Part shown: in pieces, positions 63,500-64,000 of the stretch
Position numbering within the stretch: position 1 is the stretch's first letter
Layout: every line of letters begins with the position of its first letter
From: Scyliorhinus canicula
Taxonomy: Eukaryota
NCBI RefSeq assembly: GCF_902713615.1
Contig: NC_052146.1
Coordinates: 161,434,853-161,498,852, forward strand
Reading direction: 5' to 3'
Length of the DNA stretch: 64,000 bases
Notes under the pieces: model-generated
Database searches by the model: none
Told to the model about the DNA's origin: nothing
The model's input: only the letters and a program-made list of their open reading frames with translations
Position numbers and translations under genes: made by a program

Positions 63500-64000
63500 T
63501 ATAGAACATAGAACATTACAGCGCAGTACAGGCCCTTCGGCCCTCGATGTTGTGCCGACCTGTGAAACCATCTGAAGCCTATCTGACCTACACTATTCCG
63601 TTTTCATCCATATGTCTATCCAGTGACCACTTAAATGCCCTTAAAGTTGGTGAGTCTACTACTGTTGCAGGCAGGGCATTCCACACGCCTACTACTCTCT
63701 GAGTAAAGAAACTGCCTCTGACATCTGTCCTATATCTACCACCCCGCAATTTAAAGCTATGTCCCCTCGTGTTGGTCATCACCATCCGAGGAAAAAGACT
63801 CTCACTGTCCACCCTATCTAACCTTCTGACTATCTTATATGTCTCTATTAAGTCACCTCTCAGCCTTCTCCTCTCTAACGAAAACAACTTCAAGTCCCTG
63901 AGCCTTTCCTCGTAAGACCTTCCCTCCATACCAGGCAACATCCTAGTAAATCTCCTCTGAACCCTTTCCAAAGCTTCTACATCCTTCCTATAATGTGGTG
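63500..64000 (-). mobile_element. CR1 family A 3' end, young-looking, runs off the window
   Basis: Open frame RVQRRFTRMLPG..RLRGDLIETYK..RVVGVWNALP; tail with (TTCTATG) repeats. Confidence 0.93.

Overview
Vertebrate nuclear DNA, very probably a shark (catshark-like; inferred from HE1/V-SINEs, a Deu-domain SINE, CR1 and L1 LINEs and many GC-rich PIF/Harbinger elements). The window is almost entirely intron of one very large + strand gene. The only host exon I can support is 127 bp (13910-14036) and encodes the GPS/Stachel segment of a brain-specific angiogenesis inhibitor adhesion GPCR, most like ADGRB2/BAI2. Most of the rest is nested, degraded transposons: Harbinger transposase and Myb/SANT gene remnants, Harbinger MITEs with 3-bp TSDs, two CR1/L2-type LINE families, L1 fragments, several tRNA-derived SINE families, solo LTRs with 4-bp TSDs, a hAT-Charlie/Buster fragment, a Gypsy fragment, and a two-LTR Gmr1-like Gypsy provirus (PR-IN-RT-RH order, SCAN-like capsid). 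No TE ORF is intact, and nearly all track ORFs are TE fragments or spurious. The best candidate for new biology is around the exon. Its GPS reads Q-L|A instead of H-L|S/T, so it is predicted not to self-cleave. It sits in a TE-free, CpG-retaining island that holds an in-phase candidate alternative first exon (MFSLKSFCLMVA-), suggesting an internal promoter that makes an ectodomain-less receptor. That model is inference and needs RNA data. No database searches were run; family assignments come from motif recognition.
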